From Candidatus Binatia bacterium (GTDB taxonomy: Bacteria; Desulfobacterota; Binatia; DP-6): a DNA stretch of 64,000 nt. The stretch is from assembly GCA_036009625.1 (NCBI GenBank), contig DASYLJ010000096.1, positions 14,297 to 78,296 of the forward strand, in the 5' to 3' direction. This document shows, in pieces, positions 19,817-29,305 of this stretch (its first letter is position 1; each line of letters begins with the position of its first letter). The translations under genes and the position numbers were made by a program. Under the pieces are notes generated by a model, which saw only the letters and a list, made by a program, of their open reading frames with translations, was not told where the DNA came from and ran no database searches.

Positions 19817-20587
19817 ATGGGCTACGCGAGCGAATACGATGCGGTGGCGGCCCGCTGGTACGACGGCAGCTACGATCACATCCGCAGCCGCGCCGACGCC
19901 GACTTCTACCGCGCCCTCGCCGGTGAGACCGGCGGCGGCCCCGTCCTCGAGCTCGGCTGCGGCACCGGACGCGTCCTGCTCCCCATCGTCGCCGACGGCC
20001 TGCCGTGCACCGGCCTCGACGCGTCACCGGCCATGCTCGACGTGCTGCGGACCAAGGCCCCGCCGGTGTCGCTGCAGCTGGTCTGCGCGCCGATGCAGGC
20101 GTTCGACCTCGGGGGGGCGCACTTCGCGCTGATCTTCTCGGCCTTTCGCGCCTTCCAGCATCTCCTCACCGTCGACGACCAGCTCGCCTGCCTCGCCGGC
20201 GTTCGCCGCCATCTCGCCCCGAACGGCCGGCTCGCCTTCGACGTCTTCGCACCGTTCCTCGACCGCACCGCCGTCATCGACGAGCCCGAGGCGGCCGACG
20301 CCTGCTTCCAGAAGGACGGCTGCGACGTGACGCGATACGTGCGCATCCACCGCGACCTGGCGACGCAGGTCGCCGAGATCCACATGCGCTACGAGCAGCG
20401 GCGCGACGGCGTGGTCGTCGCCGAGGACCACGAGTCGTTCCACATGCGTTGGACGCATCGCTACGAGCTCGAGCACCTGCTGGTGCGCGCCGGCTTCGCC
20501 GTCGACGCCGTCTACGGCGCCTTCGACCGGCGGCCGTACGACTACGTCTCGGGAGAGGTGGTCGTGGTGGCGCGCGCCGCGACGTAG
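19817..20587 (+). CDS. Class I SAM-dependent methyltransferase
   Basis: VLELGCGTGRVLLPIV motif I. 256 aa from ATG at 19817. 3' end overlaps the convergent transporter gene. Confidence 0.75.
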   Translation: MGYASEYDAVAARWYDGSYDHIRSRADADFYRALAGETGGGPVLELGCGTGRVLLPIVADGLPCTGLDASPAMLDVLRTKAPPVSLQLVCAPMQAFDLGGAHFALIFSAFRAFQHLLTVDDQLACLAGVRRHLAPNGRLAFDVFAPFLDRTAVIDEPEAADACFQKDGCDVTRYVRIHRDLATQVAEIHMRYEQRRDGVVVAEDHESFHMRWTHRYELEHLLVRAGFAVDAVYGAFDRRPYDYVSGEVVVVARAAT

Positions 20588-23340
20588 GCTGCGTTCATGC
20601 GCTCCAGGCGATCGCTCAGGATGCGCGTCAGGTTCAGGAAAACGCGCGACGCGATGCGCGGGTAGCGACGCTGGATGCGCTGCAGGAAGGTCTGGTCGAC
20701 GCGCAGCACCTCGACGTCGTCACCGGACGCGATGACGTCGGCGGTGCGCTCGTTGTGGCGTACCAGTGCCATCTCGCCGAAGACGTCGCCGCGCTTGAGA
20801 TGGGCCAGCTCGCGACGGTCGCCGTTCGAGTTGATGACCACCTTCGCCTCGCCGTTCAGCACGACGTACATGGCGTCGCCGGGATCACCCTGGTTGACGA
20901 TGGCCTCGCCGGGGCGGAAGCGCTTCATGTCGCCCATCAGCACGACGACGCGTGCCTGCGACGGCCGCAGGCCGGCGAAGAGCGGGATGGTACGCGCCGG
21001 ATCCTCGCCCAGCTTGACGCCAACCAGGTCCCAGAGGGTGATGATCTTCGCGGTCGCGAGCAGCGCCGGCAGCAGGATCAGGTTGGCGCCGAGCGCGGTC
21101 GCCATGGTGACGCTCGAAAGCACGCCGAAGTTCTGGATCGGCACGAAGCTCGAGAACGCGAACGTCAGGAAGCCCAGGAAGAGCGCCACCGTCGTGTAGA
21201 TGATGGGCGCGCCCACCGTGCGCAGCGTGCGCGCGATGGCCTCCTCCTGGTCGGTCTCGCCGCGCAGCTCGAGGTTGAGCCGCGCCATGTAGTGGATGGT
21301 CGAATCGACGGCGATGCCGAGCGCGATGGCGGCGATGAGGCTGGTGCCGAGGTTCAGGTAGATGCCGCTCCAACCCATCACGCCGAAGAAGATCAGGATC
21401 GGCAGCGCGTTCGGCAGGATGGCGAGGAAGCCGATCCGCACCGAGAGGAACATCAGCGACATCACGATGAAGATGACGCCGAGGGCCAGCGCCAGGCTCT
21501 TCACCTGCCCCGCCACGATCTCCGACGTCGTGCCGGTGAGCAGCACCAGGTTGCCGGTGAGGGTCACCGGTAGCTCGGCCGGAAAGTGGTTCGCGATGTA
21601 CGCCCGGATGCGGCCCAACGTCTGCTCGATGACGGCCGAGCCCGACAGGTTGGTGCGCACCAGGATGCTCGCGGTCGCGAAGTCCGGCGTGATCACGCTC
21701 GAGAACGTCTCCGGGCTCGTGCTCACCATCTTGAGCACGGGATCCAGCATGGCCGGGTCTTCCCAGAACGTCTTCGGCTTGTCCGCCGCCACCAGGTTGC
21801 CCTGCGCGTCGACCACCAGGTCGCCGCCCGTCCCTTTGTTGAGGCCGCTCTCCAGCAGCTCGAGGTAGTCGACGACGGAGATCGACGACGTGATGCCCGG
21901 CTGCTCCGCCAGGAACCGCTGCAGGTCCTTGATGAGCCACAGCGTGGTCCACTTGCGCAGCGCGCCGGCCTCGCGCCCGTCGACGATGATGTAGAACGGG
22001 TTCGAGCCGACGATCTCGCGGTTGATGATCTCGTTGTCGACCCGCACCTCCGAGCGCGGGCTGAAGTACGACAGGAAGTCGGAGTCGACCTGGATGCGCG
22101 TCATGCCGACGAGCGAGACCAGCGCGATGGCGAGGCTCACGGCCCATATCCACGGCCGCGACGACGCCGCCGATCGCGCCAGGCGCGACAGCAGCGGCAT
22201 CAATGCGGGCGAGCCATCCTTCGCCCGCACCGCGACCCGCTCGATCGGCAGCATGGCGAGGACAGCCGGCAGGAAGCACAGGCAGACGATGGTGAGGAAC
22301 ACGGTGCCGACGACGGCGAAGAAACCGAGCTCCCAGATGGCGGGGATGCGGTTCACCATCAACGAACCGAAGCCGATGACGGTGGTCACGGCAGAGATCG
22401 TCAGCGGCACCCACACGCGGTCGAAGGCGGCGCCCACGACCTCGGCCTCGTCGCCCCCGGTCTCCGCCTGCTCGTAGTAGCGGGCCATGACGTGGATCGC
22501 GTACGAGCTGCCGACGACGAGCATCAGCGGCGGCAGCACGAAGGTGCCGAGCGTGATGGCCTTCCCCATCGCCACCAACACGCCGAGCGTCCACACCAGG
22601 GCCATCAGCACGGTGAGCAGCGGCAGCAGCACGCCACGCTTGGTGCGAAACGATATCCAGAAGGTGAGGACGACGCCGATCAGCGCGATCGGCGTGAAGC
22701 GGAAGAGGTCGCGGCGCATGAGCCGCACCGCTGCCTCCTTCAGGTGCGCCGCGCCGGTGAAGTAGAACTTCTGCTGCGGTGCCTCCTCGGTCGCGAGGAT
22801 CTCCGCGATGCGGTCGTCGAGCCGGAGGTCGGCGTACTGCACGTCGCTCAGCGGCGCGAAGAAGACGTTGATGGCGGCGCCGCGCTCGTCGGGCGCCACC
22901 AGGTTCTCGCGATAGAGCGGCACGGCCGCGAGCTTGGCGCGCAGCGTCGCGATCTCCTCGGGCGACGGCGGCAGGCGCGGCAGCAGCGGCGGCGGCGTGA
23001 AGACGTCGGCGGCGACGTCCTTCGCATTGGTGATGCTGAGCACGCTCTCGACGCCCTCGAGCTTGCTCACCGCGGTCGTCACACGCGCGATCTTCTCGAG
23101 CGTCGCCGGCGAGAACAGGTCGTCGGCCCGCACGCCGATGACGCCGACGTCGTCGCTGCCGAAGCGCTTGCGGACCTGGTCGTAGTAGGTGACCTGCGGG
23201 TCGCCCGCGGGGAGCACGCTCTCGAGCGAGCTCTCGATGCGGATGCCGAGCGCGAACCACCCCAGCACGGCAGTGACCGCCAGCATCGTGACGAGCACGC
23301 TGGACGGGTGCCGGACGAGCCAGCGCGCCATGCGGTTCAT
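20542..23340 (-). CDS. MMPL/RND-superfamily membrane transporter fused to a C-terminal cyclic-nucleotide-binding (CAP_ED) domain
   Basis: Start MNRMARWLVRHPSSVLVTMLAV. Two 6-TM bundles each followed by periplasmic domains (MMPL/HpnN-like topology). C-terminal 130 aa RVVVLMGDMKRFRPGEAIVNQGDPGDAMYVVLNGEAKV...GDVFGEMAL... is a canonical cNMP-binding fold. 932 aa. Confidence 0.85.
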   Translation of the reverse strand: MNRMARWLVRHPSSVLVTMLAVTAVLGWFALGIRIESSLESVLPAGDPQVTYYDQVRKRFGSDDVGVIGVRADDLFSPATLEKIARVTTAVSKLEGVESVLSITNAKDVAADVFTPPPLLPRLPPSPEEIATLRAKLAAVPLYRENLVAPDERGAAINVFFAPLSDVQYADLRLDDRIAEILATEEAPQQKFYFTGAAHLKEAAVRLMRRDLFRFTPIALIGVVLTFWISFRTKRGVLLPLLTVLMALVWTLGVLVAMGKAITLGTFVLPPLMLVVGSSYAIHVMARYYEQAETGGDEAEVVGAAFDRVWVPLTISAVTTVIGFGSLMVNRIPAIWELGFFAVVGTVFLTIVCLCFLPAVLAMLPIERVAVRAKDGSPALMPLLSRLARSAASSRPWIWAVSLAIALVSLVGMTRIQVDSDFLSYFSPRSEVRVDNEIINREIVGSNPFYIIVDGREAGALRKWTTLWLIKDLQRFLAEQPGITSSISVVDYLELLESGLNKGTGGDLVVDAQGNLVAADKPKTFWEDPAMLDPVLKMVSTSPETFSSVITPDFATASILVRTNLSGSAVIEQTLGRIRAYIANHFPAELPVTLTGNLVLLTGTTSEIVAGQVKSLALALGVIFIVMSLMFLSVRIGFLAILPNALPILIFFGVMGWSGIYLNLGTSLIAAIALGIAVDSTIHYMARLNLELRGETDQEEAIARTLRTVGAPIIYTTVALFLGFLTFAFSSFVPIQNFGVLSSVTMATALGANLILLPALLATAKIITLWDLVGVKLGEDPARTIPLFAGLRPSQARVVVLMGDMKRFRPGEAIVNQGDPGDAMYVVLNGEAKVVINSNGDRRELAHLKRGDVFGEMALVRHNERTADVIASGDDVEVLRVDQTFLQRIQRRYPRIASRVFLNLTRILSDRLERMNAAYVAARATTTTSPET

Positions 23341-23430
23341 GAGCCGCGGCACTATACCGTCGCCCTCCTGCCGCCGCGAGGGCCGCGAAGGACCTTGCTT
23401 TCTGACCCGCCGCCCGGAAAGGCTGCCCCG

Positions 23431-24429
23431 ATGGACGTCCCGCGGGTCTCGGTCCTGCTCCCGGCCCGCGACGCCGCGGCGACGCTCGGCGCCTGCCTGC
23501 GGAGCCTCATCCGGCAGACGCTGCGCGACTGGGAATGCGTGGTCGTCGACGACGGCTCGCGCGACGAGACGGCCGCCATCGCCGCCGCGGCCGATCCCCG
23601 CATCCGGGTCATCCGGATTCCGCACGCGGGCGTCGTCGCCGCGGCCATGACCGGCCTGGGCGAGTGCCGCGCTCCGCTGGTGGCGCGCATGGACGCCGAC
23701 GACGTCATGCACCGCGGGCGTTTGGCCCTGCAGGTGACGGCGCTCGACGCCGATCCCGGGCTCGCCGCCGTCGGTGCGCACGTCCGTTTCTTTCCGCGCC
23801 GCGACATGACCGACGGCCTACGCGCGTACGAGCTGTGGCTGAACGGCATCGGGTCGGAGGCCGCGGTGCGGACGGAGGCGTTCGTCGAGCTCCCGGTGGC
23901 GAACCCGACGCTCTGTGGACGCCGATCGGTGCTGACGGCGCGCGGCTATCGGGATCACGGCTGGCCCGAGGACTACGACCTGCTGCTCCGCATGCTGGCG
24001 GCGGGCGATCGCATCGGCATCGTTCCGCGCCGCCTCCTCGGCTGGCGCGACCATCCACGACGCCTCACGCGCACGCACGCCTCCTACACCCAGGACCGCA
24101 TCGTCGCGTGCAAGGCACATTACCTGGCCAACGGGATCCTCGCCGGCGTCGACCGCTACGTGCTCTGGGGCTACGGCGGCACCGGTCGCGCGCTACGACG
24201 TGCCCTGGCGCTCCACGGCAAGCACCCGTCGCACATCGTCGAGCTGCACGCGGGGCGTCTCGGCAACCGCATCCATGGCGCGCCGGTGGTGCCGCCCGAG
24301 GCCCTGGACACGATGCCGCGCGCGCCCCTGGTCGCATCGGTGGCCGGGGACGTCGCGCGGCGCGACATCCGCGCCTTCCTCGGCGCCCGCGGCTGGGTCG
24401 AGACGCGCGACTACGTCTGCGCGGCGTGA
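23431..24429 (+). CDS. Glycosyltransferase family 2
   Basis: VSVLLPARDAAATLGACLRSLIRQTLRDWECVVVDDGSRDET... GT-A fold with DDG and DAD motifs. 332 aa. Divergent from the MMPL gene. Confidence 0.85.
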   Translation: MDVPRVSVLLPARDAAATLGACLRSLIRQTLRDWECVVVDDGSRDETAAIAAAADPRIRVIRIPHAGVVAAAMTGLGECRAPLVARMDADDVMHRGRLALQVTALDADPGLAAVGAHVRFFPRRDMTDGLRAYELWLNGIGSEAAVRTEAFVELPVANPTLCGRRSVLTARGYRDHGWPEDYDLLLRMLAAGDRIGIVPRRLLGWRDHPRRLTRTHASYTQDRIVACKAHYLANGILAGVDRYVLWGYGGTGRALRRALALHGKHPSHIVELHAGRLGNRIHGAPVVPPEALDTMPRAPLVASVAGDVARRDIRAFLGARGWVETRDYVCAA

Positions 24430-24439
24430 CCGCGCGTCC

Positions 24440-26284
24440 TCACTCGACGTAGCCCAGCGCACGCAGGCGTTCGCGCGCGGCGGGATCCATGGGCGGCGCG
24501 GCCGCCGTCACCGCCGCGTCGAGCGCCGGCAGGCCGAGTGCCTGCACCCACGCCTCCAGGTCGGAGCGCAGCCGCGTCACACGATCGGGACGCGCGGCCG
24601 CGACGTCGCGCGTCTCGCCGGGATCGACCTGCAGATCGAAGAGCCACTGGCCGCCGGCCGAGTCGACGACGAGCTTCTCCGTCCCGGACCGATAGGCGCG
24701 GAAGCGGCGATCGTGGCGCAGCAGCGGATCGCCGCTGGCGTCGGACGCACTGCCGAGCATGCTGGCGTACTGCTCCGCGAGCCCCGGGCCCGGCGCCGGG
24801 CGTCCCCGGTTCGACGGCAGCAGCGAGCCCGCCTGCACCGACGGCGGCACCGCGATGCCGAGCAGATCGCAGATGGTGGCGTAGACGCCGGCCGACGACA
24901 CCGGCTGCGACGCCCGTCCCGTGCGCACCACCGGCGGATACCGCACCAGCAACGGCACGTGCAGCACCGGCTCGTACACCGAGTGCCCGTGGCCGAACTC
25001 GCCGTGCTCGCCAAGCAGCTCGCCGTGATCGGCGAGCACGACGATGATCGTGCGGTCGAGCGTCCCACGACGGCGGATCGCCTCCACGACCTGGCCGAGC
25101 AACGCATCGGCGTAGAGGATCCCGGCGTCGTACATGGCGGTGGCGTCGACGCGCGCCGTCTCGACGTCGGGCGCCGGTCCACCGAACTCCGCGGCGACGA
25201 GCTGGAGGCTCAGGCGGCGCAACGTCGAGAGTGGCGTCGTCGTGAACCGACCCAGGTACGACGCCGGCAGCTGATGGTACGGGAAGTGCGCCTCGATGAA
25301 GTTGAGGAACACGAACGCCGGCGGCGCGTCGGCAGGACGCGCCATGAACCAGGCGTCGAAGGTCGCCGCCACGCCCGCGCCACCCTTGTCGAGCGGTCCG
25401 ATGCCGAACCGCTCGAGCACGCGGTGCATCGAGTGCATCGAGCGTGCGACGTCGCCGTTGCGCCACGCCTCGTCGGTCCAGGCGAAGCCCCGGATCATGC
25501 CGAGGCCGTCGCTGATCCAGGCATTGGCCGTGAACGAGCGCGTGTCCCAGCCGGCGGCGGCGAGCGTCTCGGCCAGCGTCGACGACCCCGGGTCCAGGTA
25601 GCGGTGCTCGTCGTGCGCCGCATGCGCCGACGCGAAGCGGCCGGTGAACAGCGAGGCGTGCGACGGCAACGACCAGGTGGCGGGCGAGATCGCCTCCAGG
25701 AAGAGCAGACCATCGGCGGCGAGCGCATCGAAGTTCGGCGTGGTCGGCCGCTCGTAGCCGTACGCCGAGACGTGATCGGCACGCACGGTGTCGAGCACCA
25801 CGACGACGACGTCCGGCGCGTTCGGCGGCGGCGTGCCGCGGGTGACCGCGGGCGCGGGATCCGCCCCCCGTCCAGCCCACACCTCGGGGAGCACCACGCC
25901 GGCGACGACGAGGAGCACGGCGGTCACCACCGCCGCGCGCGGGACGCGACGTCCGAGCAGCACGAGGCCGCACGCGACCGCGGGCGACCCCGCCCCGACG
26001 AGCTGGAACTGCACGCTCTGCGGCGCCACCGCCACCTCGATCGCCGCCCACGCCAGCGCCACCGCGAGCAGATGCGACGTCGACCCCTGGCGCAGCAGGA
26101 ACGCCACGAGCAGCCCGAGCAACGCGCCCAGCACGACGGCCATGCCCGCGCCCGTGACCAGCATCGTCACGGGCGGGCGCATGTTGAACGCCATCACCTG
26201 CGCCGCGCCGAGCCAGGTGAGGAGCACGGCCATGGCGAGGCCGAAGCCCGCGCCACGCCATGCACCGTCGAACGCGGTGCGCAC
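24440..26284 (-). CDS. Membrane-anchored sulfatase-like (alkaline phosphatase superfamily) hydrolase/transferase
   Basis: 4-5 N-terminal TM helices, then sulfatase domain VVVVLDTVRADH...SPATWSLPSHASLFTG (non-canonical, Thr/Ser in place of the Cys-x-Pro-x-Arg motif), ...VVLADHGE. 614 aa. Confidence 0.8.
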   Translation of the reverse strand: MRTAFDGAWRGAGFGLAMAVLLTWLGAAQVMAFNMRPPVTMLVTGAGMAVVLGALLGLLVAFLLRQGSTSHLLAVALAWAAIEVAVAPQSVQFQLVGAGSPAVACGLVLLGRRVPRAAVVTAVLLVVAGVVLPEVWAGRGADPAPAVTRGTPPPNAPDVVVVVLDTVRADHVSAYGYERPTTPNFDALAADGLLFLEAISPATWSLPSHASLFTGRFASAHAAHDEHRYLDPGSSTLAETLAAAGWDTRSFTANAWISDGLGMIRGFAWTDEAWRNGDVARSMHSMHRVLERFGIGPLDKGGAGVAATFDAWFMARPADAPPAFVFLNFIEAHFPYHQLPASYLGRFTTTPLSTLRRLSLQLVAAEFGGPAPDVETARVDATAMYDAGILYADALLGQVVEAIRRRGTLDRTIIVVLADHGELLGEHGEFGHGHSVYEPVLHVPLLVRYPPVVRTGRASQPVSSAGVYATICDLLGIAVPPSVQAGSLLPSNRGRPAPGPGLAEQYASMLGSASDASGDPLLRHDRRFRAYRSGTEKLVVDSAGGQWLFDLQVDPGETRDVAAARPDRVTRLRSDLEAWVQALGLPALDAAVTAAAPPMDPAARERLRALGYVE

Positions 26285-26302
26285 GTTACGCCGCGCGCAC
26301 CG

Positions 26303-26953
26303 TCACGGCAGCCATCCGAGCACGCTCAGCTGACCGGCGAGCCAGGCACCCATCGCCTGATGGCCGGCGTCGTTCGGGTGCACACCGTCGGGGAAGTAGG
26401 CCGTGCTGTTCGGGATGGCGTTCTTGCCCTCGATGTAGGGGAACCCGCGCGATGCGCAGGCGAGGTAGGTCGCGTAGCGGTAGTAGTCCTTCGTATAGCC
26501 GAGCGAATTCGTCACGCCCTCGCTCGTGCTCCACGTCGGGCCCATGCAGGCGACCGCGATGCCGCTCGGGATGCTGTCGAGCAGCGCCGTGTAGGCGTTG
26601 ATGAACGTCGTGAGGTCCGCGGCGCCGCCGTAGTCGTTGGTGCCGAGGTTGATCACCACGCCGTAGAGGTAGCCATACGGTCCGTGCAGCAGCGAGATCG
26701 ACTGCCCCGCATGCGTCATGCCGGGGAAGAAGCCGGCGTCGGTCATGCGCGCGCCCGGTCGCGAGAAGTTGTGCACGATGACGTTGCCGCTCGCCTGTAA
26801 CACCGCCGACGCCTGGTTCGTGGCGGTGACGAGATTGGTTCCCGCCTGGATGGAGTCACCGATCAGCACGATGCGCTTCAGCGCCAGCGCCGGGACGGGG
26901 ACGAGGACGAGGACGAGGGTCACGACGAGCACGAGACGATGCACGATCCGCAT
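26303..26953 (-). CDS. Secreted SGNH/GDSL-family hydrolase
   Basis: Signal MRIVHRLVLVVTLVLVLVPVPALA. IGDSIQAG catalytic Ser block and C-terminal DGVHPNDAGH block. 216 aa. Confidence 0.75.
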   Translation of the reverse strand: MRIVHRLVLVVTLVLVLVPVPALALKRIVLIGDSIQAGTNLVTATNQASAVLQASGNVIVHNFSRPGARMTDAGFFPGMTHAGQSISLLHGPYGYLYGVVINLGTNDYGGAADLTTFINAYTALLDSIPSGIAVACMGPTWSTSEGVTNSLGYTKDYYRYATYLACASRGFPYIEGKNAIPNSTAYFPDGVHPNDAGHQAMGAWLAGQLSVLGWLP

Positions 26954-27046
26954 GGAGCACCTCCGTCTGGGATGGCGCTCCTTACGACCGAACGTTGCGG
27001 AAGTCACCTCCGCTTGGCGGCGGCGGTCGCTATCGGCTACAGCCTG

Positions 27047-27466
27047 CGCATGACGACCCCGCTGTGGTGCCTGCTCGGCTTCGTCGCATGGACACTCGTG
27101 CTGCTGACGGCGCTCGCCGGCGTGCGCGTCGGCGCCGTGCTGGCCGGGCGTGCGGCCCCCACCGATTTTCCCGCCGGCGTGCCGCACGGCAGCGACGCCA
27201 ACTGGCGCCTCAACCGCGTGCATCTGAACTGCATCGAGAACCTGCCGCTGTTCGCGAGCGTCGTCGTCGTCGCCACCTTCGCCGGGCTCAAGCTGCCGAT
27301 CCTCGACACCCTGGCGCAGGTCTATCTCGGCGCACGCATCGGGCAGTCGGTGACCCACCTGATCTCGGCCAACCCCATCGCCATCAACGTCCGCTTCACC
27401 TTCTTCCTGATCCAGTTCGCCTGCCTGGTGGGCTTCATCGTCACCATCTGGCAGCACGCCGTCTGA
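27047..27466 (+). CDS. MAPEG family membrane protein
   Basis: 4 TM helices. RVHLNCIENLPLFASVV matches the MAPEG conserved region. Paralog of 54809-55213. 139 aa. Confidence 0.7.
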   Translation, partial: RMTTPLWCLLGFVAWTLVLLTALAGVRVGAVLAGRAAPTDFPAGVPHGSDANWRLNRVHLNCIENLPLFASVVVVATFAGLKLPILDTLAQVYLGARIGQSVTHLISANPIAINVRFTFFLIQFACLVGFIVTIWQHAV

Positions 27467-27476
27467 GGAGCCCCAC

Positions 27477-28451
27477 ATGCGCGCCGTCGTCGTCGACCGT
27501 TGGATGGACCCGAAGGACCTCGTCGTCAGCGAGGTGCCCGATCCGCCGCTGGGTCCGGGGGCGCTGCGCGTCGCGGTGAAGGCCGCGGGCTGCAACTTCT
27601 TCGACATCCTGATGGTGAAGGGCCAGTACCAGATGAAGCCGCCCTTCCCGTTCGTCCCCGGCGCCGAGCTGGCGGGCGTCGTGACCGAGGTGGGAGCCGG
27701 CGTCGACGGCTTCGCCAAGGGCGATCGCATCCTGGCGTCGGCGGGGCTCGGCGGGTTCGCCGATCAGGCCGTGGTGCCGGCGAAGGCGGCGTATCGCCTG
27801 CCCGACGGCATGTCGTTCGAGGCCGGTGCGTCGCTGCCCATCGTCTACCCCACGTCCTACGCGGCGCTGGCGTGGCGCGCGCCGCTGCACGCCGGCGAGA
27901 CGCTGCTGGTGCACGCCGCCGCGGGCGGCGTCGGCATCGCGGCGGTGCAGATCGGCAAGGCGATGGGCGCGCGCGTCATCGGCACCGCCGGCGGCGCCGA
28001 CAAGCTCGACGTCGTCCGTCGCGTCGGTGCCGACGTCGCCATCGACTACCGCGCCAGTGACTGGGTCGAGCAGGTGAAGCAGGCGACGGACGGTCGCGGC
28101 GCCGACGTGATCTACGACTCGGTCGGCGGCGACGTCACCGACGCATCGCTGAAATGCATCGCCTGGAACGGCCGTCTGCTCGTGATCGGCTTCGCCAGCG
28201 GCACCATCCCCGCGGTGAAGCTCAACCGCGTGCTGCTGAAGAACATCTCGCTCATCGGGCTGCACTGGGGCGCGCACGCCATCCACGAGCCGTCACGCAT
28301 CCCGCAGACGTTCGACGCGCTCTTCGATCTGCATCGCCAGGGGAAGATCGAGCCGGTGATCTGGCGGAAGTTCCCGCTCGACGAGCTACCGGCGGCGCTC
28401 GAGGCGCTCGGCTCGCGCCAGAGCTGGGGCAAGGTGATCGTCACGCCTTGA
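27477..28451 (+). CDS. NADPH:quinone oxidoreductase (zeta-crystallin-like MDR)
   Basis: MRAVVV...GAELAGVVTEVGAGV...LVHAAAGGVGIAAVQIGKAMGARVIGTAG is a medium-chain dehydrogenase without zinc ligands. 324 aa. Confidence 0.9.
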   Translation: MRAVVVDRWMDPKDLVVSEVPDPPLGPGALRVAVKAAGCNFFDILMVKGQYQMKPPFPFVPGAELAGVVTEVGAGVDGFAKGDRILASAGLGGFADQAVVPAKAAYRLPDGMSFEAGASLPIVYPTSYAALAWRAPLHAGETLLVHAAAGGVGIAAVQIGKAMGARVIGTAGGADKLDVVRRVGADVAIDYRASDWVEQVKQATDGRGADVIYDSVGGDVTDASLKCIAWNGRLLVIGFASGTIPAVKLNRVLLKNISLIGLHWGAHAIHEPSRIPQTFDALFDLHRQGKIEPVIWRKFPLDELPAALEALGSRQSWGKVIVTP

Positions 28452-29220
28452 CGCGGAGCTTGGCGAAGTCGGGCGGACGCTTCTCGAAGAACGCCATCAC
28501 GGCTTCGAGGTTCTCCGGCGTACCGACGCGCTCGACGAAGCCCTGATCCTCGCGCTTGCGCGCCGCCGCGATCAGGTCGCTGCGCGTCGCCAGCATGAGT
28601 CGCTTCGTGTGCCGCACCGATTCCGGCGGCTGCGCCGCGATGCGCGTTGCCAGCGTCTGCAACGCCGGCAACAGCTCGTCGACGGGCAGCCGTTTGCTGG
28701 CGAGCCCGAGCTCGACGGCGCGGGCGGCGTCGATCCAGTCGGCGGTGAAGAGCACCTCGGCGGCGCGCTGCCAGCCGAGCTGTACCGGCAGCAGGTAGCT
28801 GCTGGCCGCCTCGGGCACGACACCGAGCGTGACGAACGGCGGTCGCAGGCGGGCGCCGTCGGCGATGTAGACGATGTCGCAGTGGAGCAGGATGGTGAGG
28901 CCGATGCCGACGCCGACGCCGTTGACGGCGGCGAGCAGCGGCTTGTCGAAGACGCAGAGCCGGTCCATGAACACGCCGAAGCCGGGGTCTTCCCCGCCCG
29001 CACCGTTCGTCATCTCGCCGAGGTCCTGGCCGGCCGAGAACGCCCCGTCCCTACCCGTCAGCACGACGACCTGCACCTCGGGGTCGTCCTGCGCGTCGCG
29101 CAGCGCATCGCGCAGCTCGTGCCACATCTGCCGGTTGAAGGCGTTCTTCTGCCGGGGACGATTCATGGTGAGGGTGAGGACGCCGTCACGGCGCTCTTCG
29201 AGGACGGTTTCGCGCGACAT
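28441..29220 (-). CDS. Enoyl-CoA hydratase/isomerase family protein
   Basis: VLTLTMNRPRQKNAFN...GAFSAGQDLGEM...AAVNGVGVGIGLTILLHCD is a crotonase fold. 259 aa. Confidence 0.9.
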   Translation of the reverse strand: MSRETVLEERRDGVLTLTMNRPRQKNAFNRQMWHELRDALRDAQDDPEVQVVVLTGRDGAFSAGQDLGEMTNGAGGEDPGFGVFMDRLCVFDKPLLAAVNGVGVGIGLTILLHCDIVYIADGARLRPPFVTLGVVPEAASSYLLPVQLGWQRAAEVLFTADWIDAARAVELGLASKRLPVDELLPALQTLATRIAAQPPESVRHTKRLMLATRSDLIAAARKREDQGFVERVGTPENLEAVMAFFEKRPPDFAKLRVKA

Positions 29221-29305
29221 GGCCCGGCGGCATACCGTCTTTCCCCGCCCCCGCGCCAGCCTGCCCTTGACCCAACCGCGTCGCCCCCCCTACGTTCCGC
29301 AGGCG

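Noticed and set aside
20005-23260. ORFs 20005-21573(+), 20885-23260(-), 21586-23430 (upstream part of the 947-aa plus ORF)
   Set aside because: Shadow ORFs of the MMPL gene. Only the segment from ATG 23431 onward has GT2 features.
24200-26800. ORFs 24200-26800(+) and 24411-26261(-)
   Set aside because: Overlap the membrane sulfatase-like gene (24440-26284), which has coherent TM plus catalytic motifs. These alternatives are Arg/Gly-rich.
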